The position numbers and the translations under genes were made by a program. From assembly GCA_050246315.1 (NCBI GenBank), contig JBFWWG010000006.1:1-64000 (forward strand): DNA of 64,000 nucleotides, read 5' to 3'. This document shows positions 48,196-58,178 of this stretch, piece by piece; position 1 is the first letter of the stretch; each line of letters begins with the position of its first letter. The notes beneath the pieces were generated by a model. It did no database searches. It was given only the letters and a program-made list of their open reading frames with translations, and was not told the DNA's origin. The stretch is from Nitrospiraceae bacterium (GTDB lineage Bacteria > Nitrospirota > Nitrospiria > Nitrospirales > Nitrospiraceae).

Positions 48196-49283
48196 CCTGT
48201 CCCCGTCATTTGAGATTTCCGTAACGGCCCCCCCGAACCGACGCGACCGGCCTGGCGGCGGATATGCACCAACTGCACGGCGAGCTTGATCGCCGCAATC
48301 AAACTTCCCGCCTCCGCCACCCCTCGGCCGGCGATGTCGTACGCGGTGCCATGATCGACCGAGGTGCGGATGATCGGAAGCCCGACCGTCATGTTGACAC
48401 AGGTCCCGAATGCAACCAGCTTCAACGGAATGAGTCCTTGATCGTGATAGAGGGCGACGACTCCGTCGTAGGCACCTCTGGCTGCCTTGCCGAAGAGCGT
48501 ATCGGCCGGGAGCGGATCGCTCGCATCGATGCCGGCCTGCCTGGCCTGCTCCACCGCCGGTTGTATTGTCGTTTGTTCTTCGTTGCCAAACAACCCGTGT
48601 TCACCGGCATGGGGATTGAGCGCCGCCACGCCGATTCGAGGTTTGCGGATGCGGAACGAGTCGCGGAGCGCACGGTCGGCCAATCGGATCGCCTTGACGA
48701 TCGTCGGCACGGTCAATCTAGCCGGCAGGTCTCGGAGCGCGACGTGCGTGGTCGTGAACATGATCTTCAGCGGCCCGCCCAAGATCATCATACCGACCTC
48801 GTCGCTCTTGGTCAGATCGGCCAGCAACTCCGTATGGCCGGGATAGCGGTACCCGCCCATGTGCATTGCTTCCTTATTGATCGGTCCGGTCACCATCGCG
48901 TCGATGAGGCCGCCCTCGGCCAGACGGACCGCCTCGGTGATGAAGGCCACGGAGGCGGCGCCGGTCTCCGGCGCGGCCTTGCCGATGACGAACGCGCCCA
49001 ATGGCCGGGGAAGCGGATCCCAGACCGCCACCTGTTTCGGTCCGGCCGGTACCAGTCCGATGTCTGTCACTCTGACCGCCTTCAGAGGCGAGCGTAACCG
49101 CTTGAGCGTCCGTTGCACCACCGGGAAGGATCCGATGACGACCACCCGACAGGCGCGGCGCAGCGACATGTTGGCGAGCGCCTTCGCCGCGACTTCCGGA
49201 CCGATCCCCGCCGGGTCTCCCATCGTGATGCCCAACAGCGGCAGGCGTTGCCGCGAGGCGGTTCTATTTGTGTCAGGAGCCAT
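48192..49283 (-). CDS. pdxA: 4-hydroxythreonine-4-phosphate dehydrogenase
   Basis: MGDPAGIGPE, GHTE, LNPHAGE, YHDQG, RTSVDHGTA. Confidence 0.96.
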   Translation of the reverse strand: MAPDTNRTASRQRLPLLGITMGDPAGIGPEVAAKALANMSLRRACRVVVIGSFPVVQRTLKRLRSPLKAVRVTDIGLVPAGPKQVAVWDPLPRPLGAFVIGKAAPETGAASVAFITEAVRLAEGGLIDAMVTGPINKEAMHMGGYRYPGHTELLADLTKSDEVGMMILGGPLKIMFTTTHVALRDLPARLTVPTIVKAIRLADRALRDSFRIRKPRIGVAALNPHAGEHGLFGNEEQTTIQPAVEQARQAGIDASDPLPADTLFGKAARGAYDGVVALYHDQGLIPLKLVAFGTCVNMTVGLPIIRTSVDHGTAYDIAGRGVAEAGSLIAAIKLAVQLVHIRRQAGRVGSGGPLRKSQMTGTG

Positions 49284-50277
49284 AGAGGTAGAGGGTATAC
49301 CCAATATACAGGATCGCACCACCGGTCAACAGCCACGGGCGCCAGTGTCCCCCTCCCAGCAGTTGCAACAGGGTGAGGCCGCCGGCCAGCACCGCCAGAA
49401 CCATCGTGAGAAGCGCCGACGGGCCAAGTGCCCATTCGGTTCCGATCAATCCAAGGGAAACGGGAAACGTGCCCTGGAAGACCATCGCCCCGGTCACATT
49501 GCCGACCGCGAGTTGGTCCTTCTTTCGGTAGAGCCAGAGAAAACTGTTCGACATCTCCGGAAGTTCCGTCGCGAGCGGCGCAATCAACAGAGCCAGGATG
49601 AGGGGCGCGACATGGAGCGACTCGGACAGGGAATGGGCCGCAGTCACGAACAGGTGGGCCCCTCCCACCAGCCCGGCCATACCGACCGCTCCCTGAACCG
49701 CGATCATGCCGAACGACGGCTTGGTCGCTTGTTTCGCGAAGATCAGCGGCTCGACCGACGAGGCTTCTCCCTCCTCCTCCGGCGCCGAGAGCTTCAGCTT
49801 CATATAATACAGGTACGCGCCGATCAACAGCGTCGCCGCGGCATAGTGGAGCGCCTTACTGGGCGTCAAGGCGCAGAGCAACGCGACGCCGTAGCCCAGT
49901 AGAAACACCTGTAAATCCAGCCGGACCTCCCGATAATTCAAATGAAACTTGGCCGACCGCTTGCCCATCCTGGCATAGAGCAGCAGCAAGCCCGCGAGAA
50001 TCGGCAACACCAACGTGCTGAGCATGAAGGGCGCCCCCAAGATCGCGCCCAGCCCGACCGCGGTCTGTTCCGGTCCCGTTCCAAAGAAAATGGCGATGAT
50101 CGGGATCGAGGTCTCCGGCAAGGTCGTGCCGATCGCCGCAAAAATGCTGCCCACCGCGCCTTCAGAGACATTCAGCCGTTTACCGACCCACTCAATGCCG
50201 TTGGTGAACAGGTGGCAGCCGGCGAGCGTCACGATGATCGACACCAGGAACAGAAGCGTGTAGAGCAGAATGGTCAC
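49273..50277 (-). CDS. Sodium:calcium antiporter (CaCA family)
   Basis: GTTLPET and ATELPEM alpha repeats; multiple TMs. Confidence 0.88.
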   Translation of the reverse strand: MTILLYTLLFLVSIIVTLAGCHLFTNGIEWVGKRLNVSEGAVGSIFAAIGTTLPETSIPIIAIFFGTGPEQTAVGLGAILGAPFMLSTLVLPILAGLLLLYARMGKRSAKFHLNYREVRLDLQVFLLGYGVALLCALTPSKALHYAAATLLIGAYLYYMKLKLSAPEEEGEASSVEPLIFAKQATKPSFGMIAVQGAVGMAGLVGGAHLFVTAAHSLSESLHVAPLILALLIAPLATELPEMSNSFLWLYRKKDQLAVGNVTGAMVFQGTFPVSLGLIGTEWALGPSALLTMVLAVLAGGLTLLQLLGGGHWRPWLLTGGAILYIGYTLYLYGS

Positions 50278-50293
50278 TGCGTCACTTCACCGA

Positions 50294-51520
50294 TCATCGC
50301 GATCGTTCCTGCCGGGATCGATTCCGGGTGGAAGACCGGCCGGGCTTGCGGTGATAGATCACGATCGCCTCCTCCATAATCTCCCGCACCGGCTTGCCGG
50401 ACCGCTCGGCCAGCCGGCGGCAATCGGCATACTCCGGCACCGCTCGGATGGGCACGCCGTTTCGCGACGCCACCTTCATTCGGACCGGCCCGTACTTGGT
50501 CGAGACGCGATGAAAGGTGCGGGGCAAGACCTCGCGGGCCACCTCCCGATAGCGGACGCCCAACGCGGTGGTCTCCCGCAGCATGACGTCCGCCACTTGA
50601 CGGGTTCGATCCTTGTTGGCCAGCGCCGCCAAGACGGTGCCGGGACGCCCCCGTTTCATCACGACGGGGCTCAAGGTCACATCCAGCGCCCCGGCCGCGA
50701 AGAGCCGTTCCATCACCGTTTCGTAGATCTGAGGATTGAGGTCGTCGAGGTTCGTCTCAATTTCGAACACCGACTCGGTGTCGGCACCGGCCTCCGCCTG
50801 AACCGCCCCGAGAAACAACCGCAAGACATTCGGCCACCCATGGGGATCGGCCTCCCCTGCCCCGTACCCCACCGTCGTGGGCCACATCGGCGGCAGGGCG
50901 CGAAACTCCTCCACCAAGGTGCGGAGCACCGCCATGCCGGTCGGGGTGGTGAATTCCCTTCTCGGCCCTTCACTATAGATCGGCGCACCCTGAGCCAGGC
51001 GCGCGACCGCCGGACCCGGAACCGGCAGGGTCCCATGCGCCGACTGTTCGAAGCCGGTTCCGACGTTGACCGGAGACGCCGTAACACGTGACACACCCAA
51101 GAGGTGGCAGCCCAGCAAGGTACCCATGACATCGACGAGCGAATCGATGACCCCGACTTCGTGGAAATGCACCTGGTCGACCGGCACGCCATGCACGGCG
51201 CTCTCGGCTTCGGCAATCCTGGTGAAGACTTCCCCTCCCAATTCTTTCACGCGCGCCGGCAATCGGCTTCCTGCGATCAGACGCAGGATCTGGCGAAAGG
51301 TCAACGGGCGTTTCATCGATCGATGGATCACCACATCGACCTTGGTGGCCTGGATGACGCTGCGCATCACCTTCTTGGCCCGGATCTCATAGCCGGTGAG
51401 ATCGAGCGATGTCAGCCCCCGCCGGAGATCTCCGATCGGCACCCCCCCATCGACCAGAGCGCCCAGCATCATGTCGCCGCTGATGCCGGAGAAACAATCA
51501 AAATGCAGATGCATCGTCAT
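50294..51520 (-). CDS. larC: Nickel pincer cofactor biosynthesis protein LarC
   Basis: DCFSGISGDM, VHFHEVG, HGTLPVPGPA, ETNLDD, MKRGRPG, PEYADC. Confidence 0.95.
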   Translation of the reverse strand: MTMHLHFDCFSGISGDMMLGALVDGGVPIGDLRRGLTSLDLTGYEIRAKKVMRSVIQATKVDVVIHRSMKRPLTFRQILRLIAGSRLPARVKELGGEVFTRIAEAESAVHGVPVDQVHFHEVGVIDSLVDVMGTLLGCHLLGVSRVTASPVNVGTGFEQSAHGTLPVPGPAVARLAQGAPIYSEGPRREFTTPTGMAVLRTLVEEFRALPPMWPTTVGYGAGEADPHGWPNVLRLFLGAVQAEAGADTESVFEIETNLDDLNPQIYETVMERLFAAGALDVTLSPVVMKRGRPGTVLAALANKDRTRQVADVMLRETTALGVRYREVAREVLPRTFHRVSTKYGPVRMKVASRNGVPIRAVPEYADCRRLAERSGKPVREIMEEAIVIYHRKPGRSSTRNRSRQERSR

Positions 51521-51788
51521 CGTTGATTTGGCTTTCGTTGAGTCTGCGCACCCGCCTCACCCGCCGAGAATCGTCGCCCGATCCCGGCTCGATGTGCGCG
51601 CATCTTAACAAATGCGTCTTCAGTCGGAAATGTGGCGATCGCGGCGATCGAATCATCCAGCGGAATCCGCGCGCCCGATTGACAGCTTTCGGAGCCTGTG
51701 TTATCCGGTGACATCCCGCATCAATTCGTTTCGCTGCCCCCTGGCTCAACGGACTGGACAGGATGACAATGGCCAGCAGGCCGACGCC

Positions 51789-52346
51789 ATGATCGATCCG
51801 ACGAACTGGAAAGCGGTGATCGGCCTCCTCTGCGTCACGGCGTGCTGTCTGCTGGGTCCGGACCAGTCCGAGGCGGCGCGGAAATCGAAAGCGGCGCCCA
51901 AGAAACAGCCGGACCTTCGAATCGTCGATGTTCGGATTAAGCCGGTGCCCTATGTCCCTTCGCACGGCGAGTTGCAATTCACGCTGGCGATCGACCTTCC
52001 TCCCGACGTCGAACGCACGGCCCTGCTGGAAGTCACCTGTTTGCTGAGTTCGCCCTCGAAGACCAGTCTCCGATTTCTCACCTACCGCCAGCCGATTACT
52101 CCCCTGCTGGAGACCATCGGCCACCAGTCGCCGCACCCCGCTCCTGCCGGAGACCATCGCGATCGCCCCCCCTCTCCCAGAGTCACCGTGACCTTGAATT
52201 GGGATGGAATGGACCACACCAGGCAGGAGGCTCAGTCTGGCCAGTACCGTTACGAACTCCGCGCCAAGATCATCGGAGATGGGGACAACACGCCCCGCAC
52301 CCTCACCGTCTCTTGGCCGAAGCGAGGGACGATGGAGGTGAGATAG
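51789..52346 (+). CDS. Exported hypothetical protein with FlgD-Ig-like C-terminus
   Basis: Signal peptide from MIDPTNWK; LNWDGMD...SGQYRYELRA; start uncertain. Confidence 0.55.
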   Translation: MIDPTNWKAVIGLLCVTACCLLGPDQSEAARKSKAAPKKQPDLRIVDVRIKPVPYVPSHGELQFTLAIDLPPDVERTALLEVTCLLSSPSKTSLRFLTYRQPITPLLETIGHQSPHPAPAGDHRDRPPSPRVTVTLNWDGMDHTRQEAQSGQYRYELRAKIIGDGDNTPRTLTVSWPKRGTMEVR

Positions 52347-52361
52347 TACCGCGGTCGGTGG

Positions 52362-53222
52362 TCACTCGTCATTCGCCAATCGTGGCCTCGTGTTGCGCCC
52401 CCCTCTCCCCTGCCCTCTGCCGGTGGAGGAGAGGCGACGCGGAGCGGACCGCTTGAGGGTCGACGAACGACGCTCTTCCCCCAGTAGATTGATCCGGTGC
52501 GCGAGGCAGCCCGCGCCGAATCCGTTATCGATGTTCATCACCCCGACCCCCGCCGCGCAGGCATTCAGCATGGTCAGAAGGGCCGCGAAGCCTCCGAGGC
52601 TGGCTCCGTAGCCGGTGCTGGTGGGCACCGCGATCACAGGGCGGTCGACCAATCCGCCGACCACGCTGGGGAGCACCCCGTCCATCCCCGCCACCACCAC
52701 CAACACCCGAGCTTGTTGCAGGCGCCGGTGCTGGCTGAGCACGCGATGGATGCCGGCCACGCCCACGTCATAAAGAGTTTCAACGCGGCTGCCCATGATC
52801 TCCGCGGTGATCCGCGCTTCCTCCGCTACGGGCACGTCGGCGGTCCCGGCCGTGAGCACAAGTATGTGGCCCTGTTGCTGACGCCGACCCGGTTGAACGG
52901 TGACGACCCGCGCCTCCGGATGGTGCCGGGCCGAGCGGTCCAGCCTTACCAAGGCCCGCGCCGTTTTCGGCGAAACTCGGGTTGCCAGCAGCAACCGATG
53001 TCGTTTGAGAAGCCGCCCGGCAATCGCCGTCACCTGCGCCGTGGTCTTGCCTTCGCAGAAAATGACCTCGGGAAATCCTTGCCGGAGGGACCGGTGATGA
53101 TCGACCGTGGCAAAACCCAGATGCTCGGCCGGCAGCGACCGCAACCGGTCGATGACCGCCGACTCCCTGATCCTGCCCCGTCGGAATTCCGCCAGCAGCC
53201 GCGTGACCTGCTCGCGCGTCAT
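52362..53222 (-). CDS. larB: Nickel pincer cofactor biosynthesis protein LarB
   Basis: DHHRSLRQGFPEVIFCEGK, AGTADVPVAEEA, DVGVAG, AVPTSTGYG, NIDNGFGAG. Confidence 0.95.
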   Translation of the reverse strand: MTREQVTRLLAEFRRGRIRESAVIDRLRSLPAEHLGFATVDHHRSLRQGFPEVIFCEGKTTAQVTAIAGRLLKRHRLLLATRVSPKTARALVRLDRSARHHPEARVVTVQPGRRQQQGHILVLTAGTADVPVAEEARITAEIMGSRVETLYDVGVAGIHRVLSQHRRLQQARVLVVVAGMDGVLPSVVGGLVDRPVIAVPTSTGYGASLGGFAALLTMLNACAAGVGVMNIDNGFGAGCLAHRINLLGEERRSSTLKRSAPRRLSSTGRGQGRGGRNTRPRLANDE

Positions 53223-53241
53223 GACGCGGGTGTTCCCCCCT

Positions 53242-54270
53242 TCAACAGACCACCTCTTCCTTGGCCCCCCGTTCCATGAGGTCGCTTACGGCACGGCTGC
53301 ACGATTTGCCCTCGAAGAGCACCGCACAAACCTCGCGCACGATCGGCATATCGACTTGGTGGCGCCGGGCCAGACCGAGCGCTGCCCCGGCGGTGCGCAC
53401 TCCCTCCGCCACGGCCTGCATGCCGTCAAGAATGTCGGCGAGCCGTTCCCCTTGCCCGAGCCGCAACCCCACTTGATGATTGCGGCTTGCCGGCCCCGTC
53501 GATGTCAGCACCAGATCTCCCACGCCCGACAGACCATAGAACGTACGCGGATCGGCGCCCATCGCCTGTCCCAACCGTATGATTTCCGCGAGCCCCCGCG
53601 TGATCAGCGCGGCGCGCGCATTGTGTCCCAAACCCAACCCATCCACGACGCCGGCGGCGAGCGCCATCACGTTCTTGAGCGCGCCGCCGAGTTGCACTCC
53701 GACGACATCGCTGCTGCCATAGACTCGGAAACGGGATGTCATCAGCATGGTTTGAAGGTCGCGCACGAGGTCACGGTCCGACCCGGCCAGAGCCACGGCG
53801 GTCGGCAGCTCTTTGGCCACTTCGCCGGCAAAGCTGGGACCGGATAGCACGGTCAACAGATCGGGATGGTCCCGCAGCCAGCCGCGGGTCACGACTTCGG
53901 ACATCAACTCGAATGACCCCTCCTCGATACCCTTCGTCGCGCTGATGACGGGACGGGCGGGATGCCCTCCCTCGCCGATACGACTCAGGACCGAACGGGC
54001 CGCGTGAGACGGCACCGCAAACACCAACACCTCCGTCCCTTCCAACGCCTCGGCGAGGGAGTGGGTGGCGGTCAACGTGCCAGGGAGGATGAAGCCGGGG
54101 AGGAACAGGCGGTTCTCGCGTTCACTGCGGATCGATTGCGCCACCTCCGGTTCATGGGCCCACAATGTCACCGAGAGCGATTTCCTGGCGAGATGAGCGG
54201 CAAGGGCGGTGCCCCACGCGCCGGCTCCGATGACGGCAATGCGATGAAATGTTCGGCTGGAGTCAGTCAT
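53242..54270 (-). CDS. gpsA: NAD(P)H-dependent glycerol-3-phosphate dehydrogenase
   Basis: GAGAWGTA, ATKGIE, SGPSFA, GALKNV, GDLVLT, SRNH. Confidence 0.96.
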   Translation of the reverse strand: MTDSSRTFHRIAVIGAGAWGTALAAHLARKSLSVTLWAHEPEVAQSIRSERENRLFLPGFILPGTLTATHSLAEALEGTEVLVFAVPSHAARSVLSRIGEGGHPARPVISATKGIEEGSFELMSEVVTRGWLRDHPDLLTVLSGPSFAGEVAKELPTAVALAGSDRDLVRDLQTMLMTSRFRVYGSSDVVGVQLGGALKNVMALAAGVVDGLGLGHNARAALITRGLAEIIRLGQAMGADPRTFYGLSGVGDLVLTSTGPASRNHQVGLRLGQGERLADILDGMQAVAEGVRTAGAALGLARRHQVDMPIVREVCAVLFEGKSCSRAVSDLMERGAKEEVVC

Positions 54271-54551
54271 GAATGGGCGGTGATCGGTCTCATTCCGGTC
54301 GCCGCAAGGAGAGAGACGCATTATAGAAACCGGGTTTCTCCGCTGTCAATCGACGCGACCCTGCCCGACCGCGATGGGGACTCGATCCGATCCTTCGCGG
54401 GAGCCATCATGTCTCAGGCGACGCGATACGTCACGAAGAAATACCGGGTTCCTTTGTCGGCGAACATGCACCTGTCGGACTTGGCGTTTCTAATAGACTT
54501 CACGAGGAGTCCGCTGTAAGAGCATAGGAGGCCGCAGATCACCCCATGCGG

Positions 54552-54567
54552 CGGCACGAGCATTGCG
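54552..54567 (+). promoter_or_regulatory. Putative sigma54 promoter
   Basis: CGGCACGAGCATTGCG (GGCACG-N4-TTGC), 70 bp upstream of the beta-barrel ATG. Confidence 0.6.
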
Positions 54568-54636
54568 TTTCCGTAATGAGAACTTCCTGGATTGCCCCCT
54601 CCCCAAGGAACAAGGGCCAGAGGAGGAACACTTAAG

Positions 54637-55335
54637 ATGGCGCCTGCACAACACGCTTCGTTGTTTCGGCTTACGGCCTTAATCTTGCTCGCCGGCAGCT
54701 TGTTCGTCGGGATGCAGCAGACGGTGCAGGCGGAATCCTACGTAGCCGGACAATTTGGGATCACGGTTCCCTCGATTAGCGGAGGGTTGACCGATGTCGA
54801 TCTGACCGGCTCATTCCCTCAGGGATCGACCTTTTCAGATAATGCGCTGAAGTCCTCGTTGGTATTTGGTGCGAAGTTCGGTCACTTTTTCAATCGCGTG
54901 CCGTGGTTCGGGCTCGAAACGGAAGCGTATATAACGAATCCCCATATCAAGCAGCAGCCGTTGACCTTGACCGTTCCTCCGGTCTCGGCCACAGCGGAGT
55001 TGCCGGGCGCCTACTTCCGCGTCGTGACCTGGGCTCCGGTGAATCTGGTCTTCCGCTACCCCGGGAAACGGTTGCAACCCTATGTGGCCATTGGCCCCGG
55101 CCTCTTCTTCGCTCGCATCAAGGATCCCAATTCCTCCGACTCGCAATCCGACACCAGGCTCGGGTTGAACACCCAGGTTGGAATCCGGTACTTCCTCACA
55201 AGACATGTCACGCTGTTCGGCGAGTGGAAGTACAACTATGTCCGGTTCCACTTCGAGGAGATGCCCGATTATTTCGGTTTCAACGCCACCTACAGCATGA
55301 ACCACTTCGTGCTCGGCCTCGGGTACCACTTCTAA
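54637..55335 (+). CDS. Outer-membrane beta-barrel protein (OmpA/OmpW-like, 8-stranded)
   Basis: AGGAGG RBS; signal peptide (VQA); LQPYVAIGPG, FGEWKYNY; ends LGLGYHF. Confidence 0.85.
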   Translation: MAPAQHASLFRLTALILLAGSLFVGMQQTVQAESYVAGQFGITVPSISGGLTDVDLTGSFPQGSTFSDNALKSSLVFGAKFGHFFNRVPWFGLETEAYITNPHIKQQPLTLTVPPVSATAELPGAYFRVVTWAPVNLVFRYPGKRLQPYVAIGPGLFFARIKDPNSSDSQSDTRLGLNTQVGIRYFLTRHVTLFGEWKYNYVRFHFEEMPDYFGFNATYSMNHFVLGLGYHF

Positions 55336-55559
55336 CCCTCATCGATGACGGGCCTCTCTGGGCACGTCGCGAAGCGCTCCGACCTGACGTCATACGCTAC
55401 CCATCATTCAGCAGTTGGCTGAGGAAAGGACGCGCAAGACCAGGTTCGCCACCTCCCACGATTGATGAACGACGAGTGACCATTGCTCCGCTCCGAAGGC
55501 TCGGGCGCGATCATCCAGATTGACGGTGCAAGTCCCTCCCGCCATACTTCGCGCTCGCG

Positions 55560-55919
55560 ATGCTGACCACCTGCGTCAACTGCGGAATCGTGCTCGGATC
55601 AGAAGCCCGATTCTGTCCGCAATGCGGGCGTCCCCAGCCTGCCCGTACCGTTGATGGTTCGAGTCCACAAGCCAACGCAATCAAGGAAGAGATGAGCATG
55701 CCGGTCCTGTATGTAATGATCGGCATTTTACTCCTCGCCTTCCTCTTCCCGCCTTGGGAGTCTCCTCCGAGTGAACCTCCTGCCTTCCTGGGGTTTCACC
55801 CTTTCCGGAAGCCGCCGACAGCCACGGCCGTCATCAGTCGCATGTTGCTGATCATTGAGACCATGACCACTGTGATCGGCGGGGTCTATGCTTCGTGGCT
55901 TTTCCGCAGGAGACGTTAA
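55560..55919 (+). CDS. Zinc-ribbon membrane protein
   Basis: CVNCG...FCPQCG plus two hydrophobic segments. Confidence 0.7.
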   Translation: MLTTCVNCGIVLGSEARFCPQCGRPQPARTVDGSSPQANAIKEEMSMPVLYVMIGILLLAFLFPPWESPPSEPPAFLGFHPFRKPPTATAVISRMLLIIETMTTVIGGVYASWLFRRRR

Positions 55920-56022
55920 TCGTCCTTCGTCAACCGTCAATCGTGCCGAGGGACGAAAGAAGGTGCGTATTTCGCTTCGTGCTCCTCCTGCCGATTGACG
56001 TTCGCCGCTTGACGCGGTGCGC

Positions 56023-56823
56023 TTAATCCAGGGCCAACGTCAAGCACTTGGCCGAGCCGCCCGATTTGAGGAACTCATGAAGGGGCGTGGGATGGGTGAG
56101 GTAGCCCCGTTCGCGGAGTAACCGCTCCGTGGTCTCGCAGCCGGTCGGCAGGACCACGTGCTTGCCGACACAGACGGCATTGCAGGCAAACTGGAGCGCG
56201 TCGGATTCCGGCACGACCAATTGCCTGGCGGCAGGAATACGCTCCGCAATGGCGGCTTGCGCGTAGAGATCGAACGCCGGAGGATAGTACAGCAACTCCC
56301 CTCCGCTGAGCGGGCAGAAGCAGGTGTCCAAATGGTAGAAGCGGCTGTCAACAAGCTCAACCGGAATGATCTCCCGGTGGAAGACCTCGCCGAGCACCGG
56401 ATAAGCCCTGATGTCCGACCGTTGCCGATAGCCCCCGAACCAGGTATCGGGAAATCCGAGGAGATCTCCAGCGCCCTCAAAAAATAGCCCGCGCTCAAGC
56501 AACACGACTTCATAACCCTGCGCGTGGAACCAGCGCTCGAAATGAATCTCCTCTCGTTGCCGCTCAGGATGACGAAATCGGCTGACGACGGCGCGTCGTC
56601 CCTGTACGACACCGGCATTGGCCGTGAACACGAGATCGGGCAAGCCCGGCACGGGATCCAGGCGTTCGAGAATCGCGCCCGTGTCCTGCTCCAGCACTCG
56701 GACCAACCCGTTCCACTGGTCCCGCGCGCAATCGGGATGGACCTCGTTCTTACGGCGCATCCAAGGATTGATTTCGTAGTCGATCGAGAAATAATCCGGG
56801 GCGCAGACAAGAAACCGGCTCAC
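56023..56823 (-). CDS. Amidinotransferase-fold hydrolase resembling the arginine dihydrolase domain of ArgZ/AgrE
   Basis: YEINPWM, PDLVFTANAG, FEGAGD, FYHLDTCFCPL, KSGGSAKCLTL; GTGA overlap with the upstream gene. Confidence 0.85.
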   Translation of the reverse strand: MSRFLVCAPDYFSIDYEINPWMRRKNEVHPDCARDQWNGLVRVLEQDTGAILERLDPVPGLPDLVFTANAGVVQGRRAVVSRFRHPERQREEIHFERWFHAQGYEVVLLERGLFFEGAGDLLGFPDTWFGGYRQRSDIRAYPVLGEVFHREIIPVELVDSRFYHLDTCFCPLSGGELLYYPPAFDLYAQAAIAERIPAARQLVVPESDALQFACNAVCVGKHVVLPTGCETTERLLRERGYLTHPTPLHEFLKSGGSAKCLTLALD

Positions 56824-58070
56824 GGCTGCCACCCCAATTCTCGCGCCAGTTCCTTTAAGAACGAGGCGGCGTCCATGACCAGCCCGACGGCCTGAAAGCT
56901 GCCGCGATCGGCCAACTTGGTCGGCACGGATGGATTGACGTCCACGCAGACGGTCGGCACCGTCGCCGGCAACAGGTTCCCGGTCGCCACGGCATGCAAG
57001 GTGGAGGCAACCAGGAGAGCCAAGGCGACATCGGGAAGGGCGGCCCGCATGGCGGCCTGCGCCTGCATGGAATCGGTGACAACCCCCGGCAGCGGCCCGT
57101 CGTCCCTGATAGTGCCGGCCATGACCATCTGCACACCTTGCCTCACGCAGGCGGCCATGATGCCGCTCGTGATCAGGCCTTGGCGCACCGCGCCTTCGAT
57201 ACTGCCAATGGCACGGATGCGGTTGATCGTGCGCAGGTGATGCTCATGTCCGTGCGGCATCGTGCGGCCAGCCGTCAACCCATAGCCACGCGAGGTGCCG
57301 AACAGCGCCGCCTCCATGTCATGGGCGGCCAGGGCGTTGCCGCAAAACAACACCTGCACGAAACCTGATTCGACCAGCCAGGTCAGCGCGTCCCTCCCAC
57401 CCGCATGGACAATGGCCGGTCCGCCGGCCAGCAGGATCTTGCTGGCTCGATGCCCCTGACGGAACGAGGTACGGAGTGCCTGCATCCGTTTGGCGATGTC
57501 CGCGATCAACGGTGTATGCGGACGCTCGGAGGACACCTGCGCTTCCATGAAGCCGAACACGTCCCGCCCTGCCGGCCGGCTCAGCGGCTGAACCCTCACG
57601 CCCGACCGGCCCACGACGACGAGCTCGCCTTTCCGGATGTCCGCCATCGGGACAATGCCGGCGCAGCGCTTGGCCGGATCGATTCGAATCGCCGTATCCA
57701 TTTCAATCGGCTCGACGGGCACCCAATGGCCGTGCAGCCGTACCTGGGTCGGAAGGTGGCTCGTCGCGTAAAACCGGTCAGGCAGGACTCCGTCCCCCGG
57801 GGCCGGCTCGACTTCACAGTCACGATCCGACTCGGGGGCGGCGCCATGCGGCTGGATGGCGGTCAGGATTTCGGCCAACAGCTCTTCCGATGGAGCCTGG
57901 ACGAGAATGCTGGCTCTGGAGGGCTGCTCCCGCGTCACGCCGATCTGGACTTCCTGCAGATCAAAGCCTCCGCCCATCATCAGGATGGTATCCAGGACCT
58001 TGGCCAGCAGCAGAGAATCGATGATGTGTCCCTGAAGGGAGACCAGTTCACTGTAGGGGAGTTGGGACAT
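56820..58070 (-). CDS. TIGR00300-family protein (ornithine cyclodeaminase-like C-terminal domain of ArgZ/AgrE)
   Basis: GHIIDS, VSSERP, GPAIVH, GNALAAHD, GHEHHLRTIN, AGTIRDDGPLP. Confidence 0.88.
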   Translation of the reverse strand: MSQLPYSELVSLQGHIIDSLLLAKVLDTILMMGGGFDLQEVQIGVTREQPSRASILVQAPSEELLAEILTAIQPHGAAPESDRDCEVEPAPGDGVLPDRFYATSHLPTQVRLHGHWVPVEPIEMDTAIRIDPAKRCAGIVPMADIRKGELVVVGRSGVRVQPLSRPAGRDVFGFMEAQVSSERPHTPLIADIAKRMQALRTSFRQGHRASKILLAGGPAIVHAGGRDALTWLVESGFVQVLFCGNALAAHDMEAALFGTSRGYGLTAGRTMPHGHEHHLRTINRIRAIGSIEGAVRQGLITSGIMAACVRQGVQMVMAGTIRDDGPLPGVVTDSMQAQAAMRAALPDVALALLVASTLHAVATGNLLPATVPTVCVDVNPSVPTKLADRGSFQAVGLVMDAASFLKELARELGWQP

Positions 58071-58178
58071 ACGACACCGGGAAGAGGCCCGCTCCCATCA
58101 TAATACCACGCGGGCGGGTGGCCATCGGAGGGGCGGAGCCGTCCCTCTCGGTCGTCGCCGGCCGAACCGGCGCTACCC

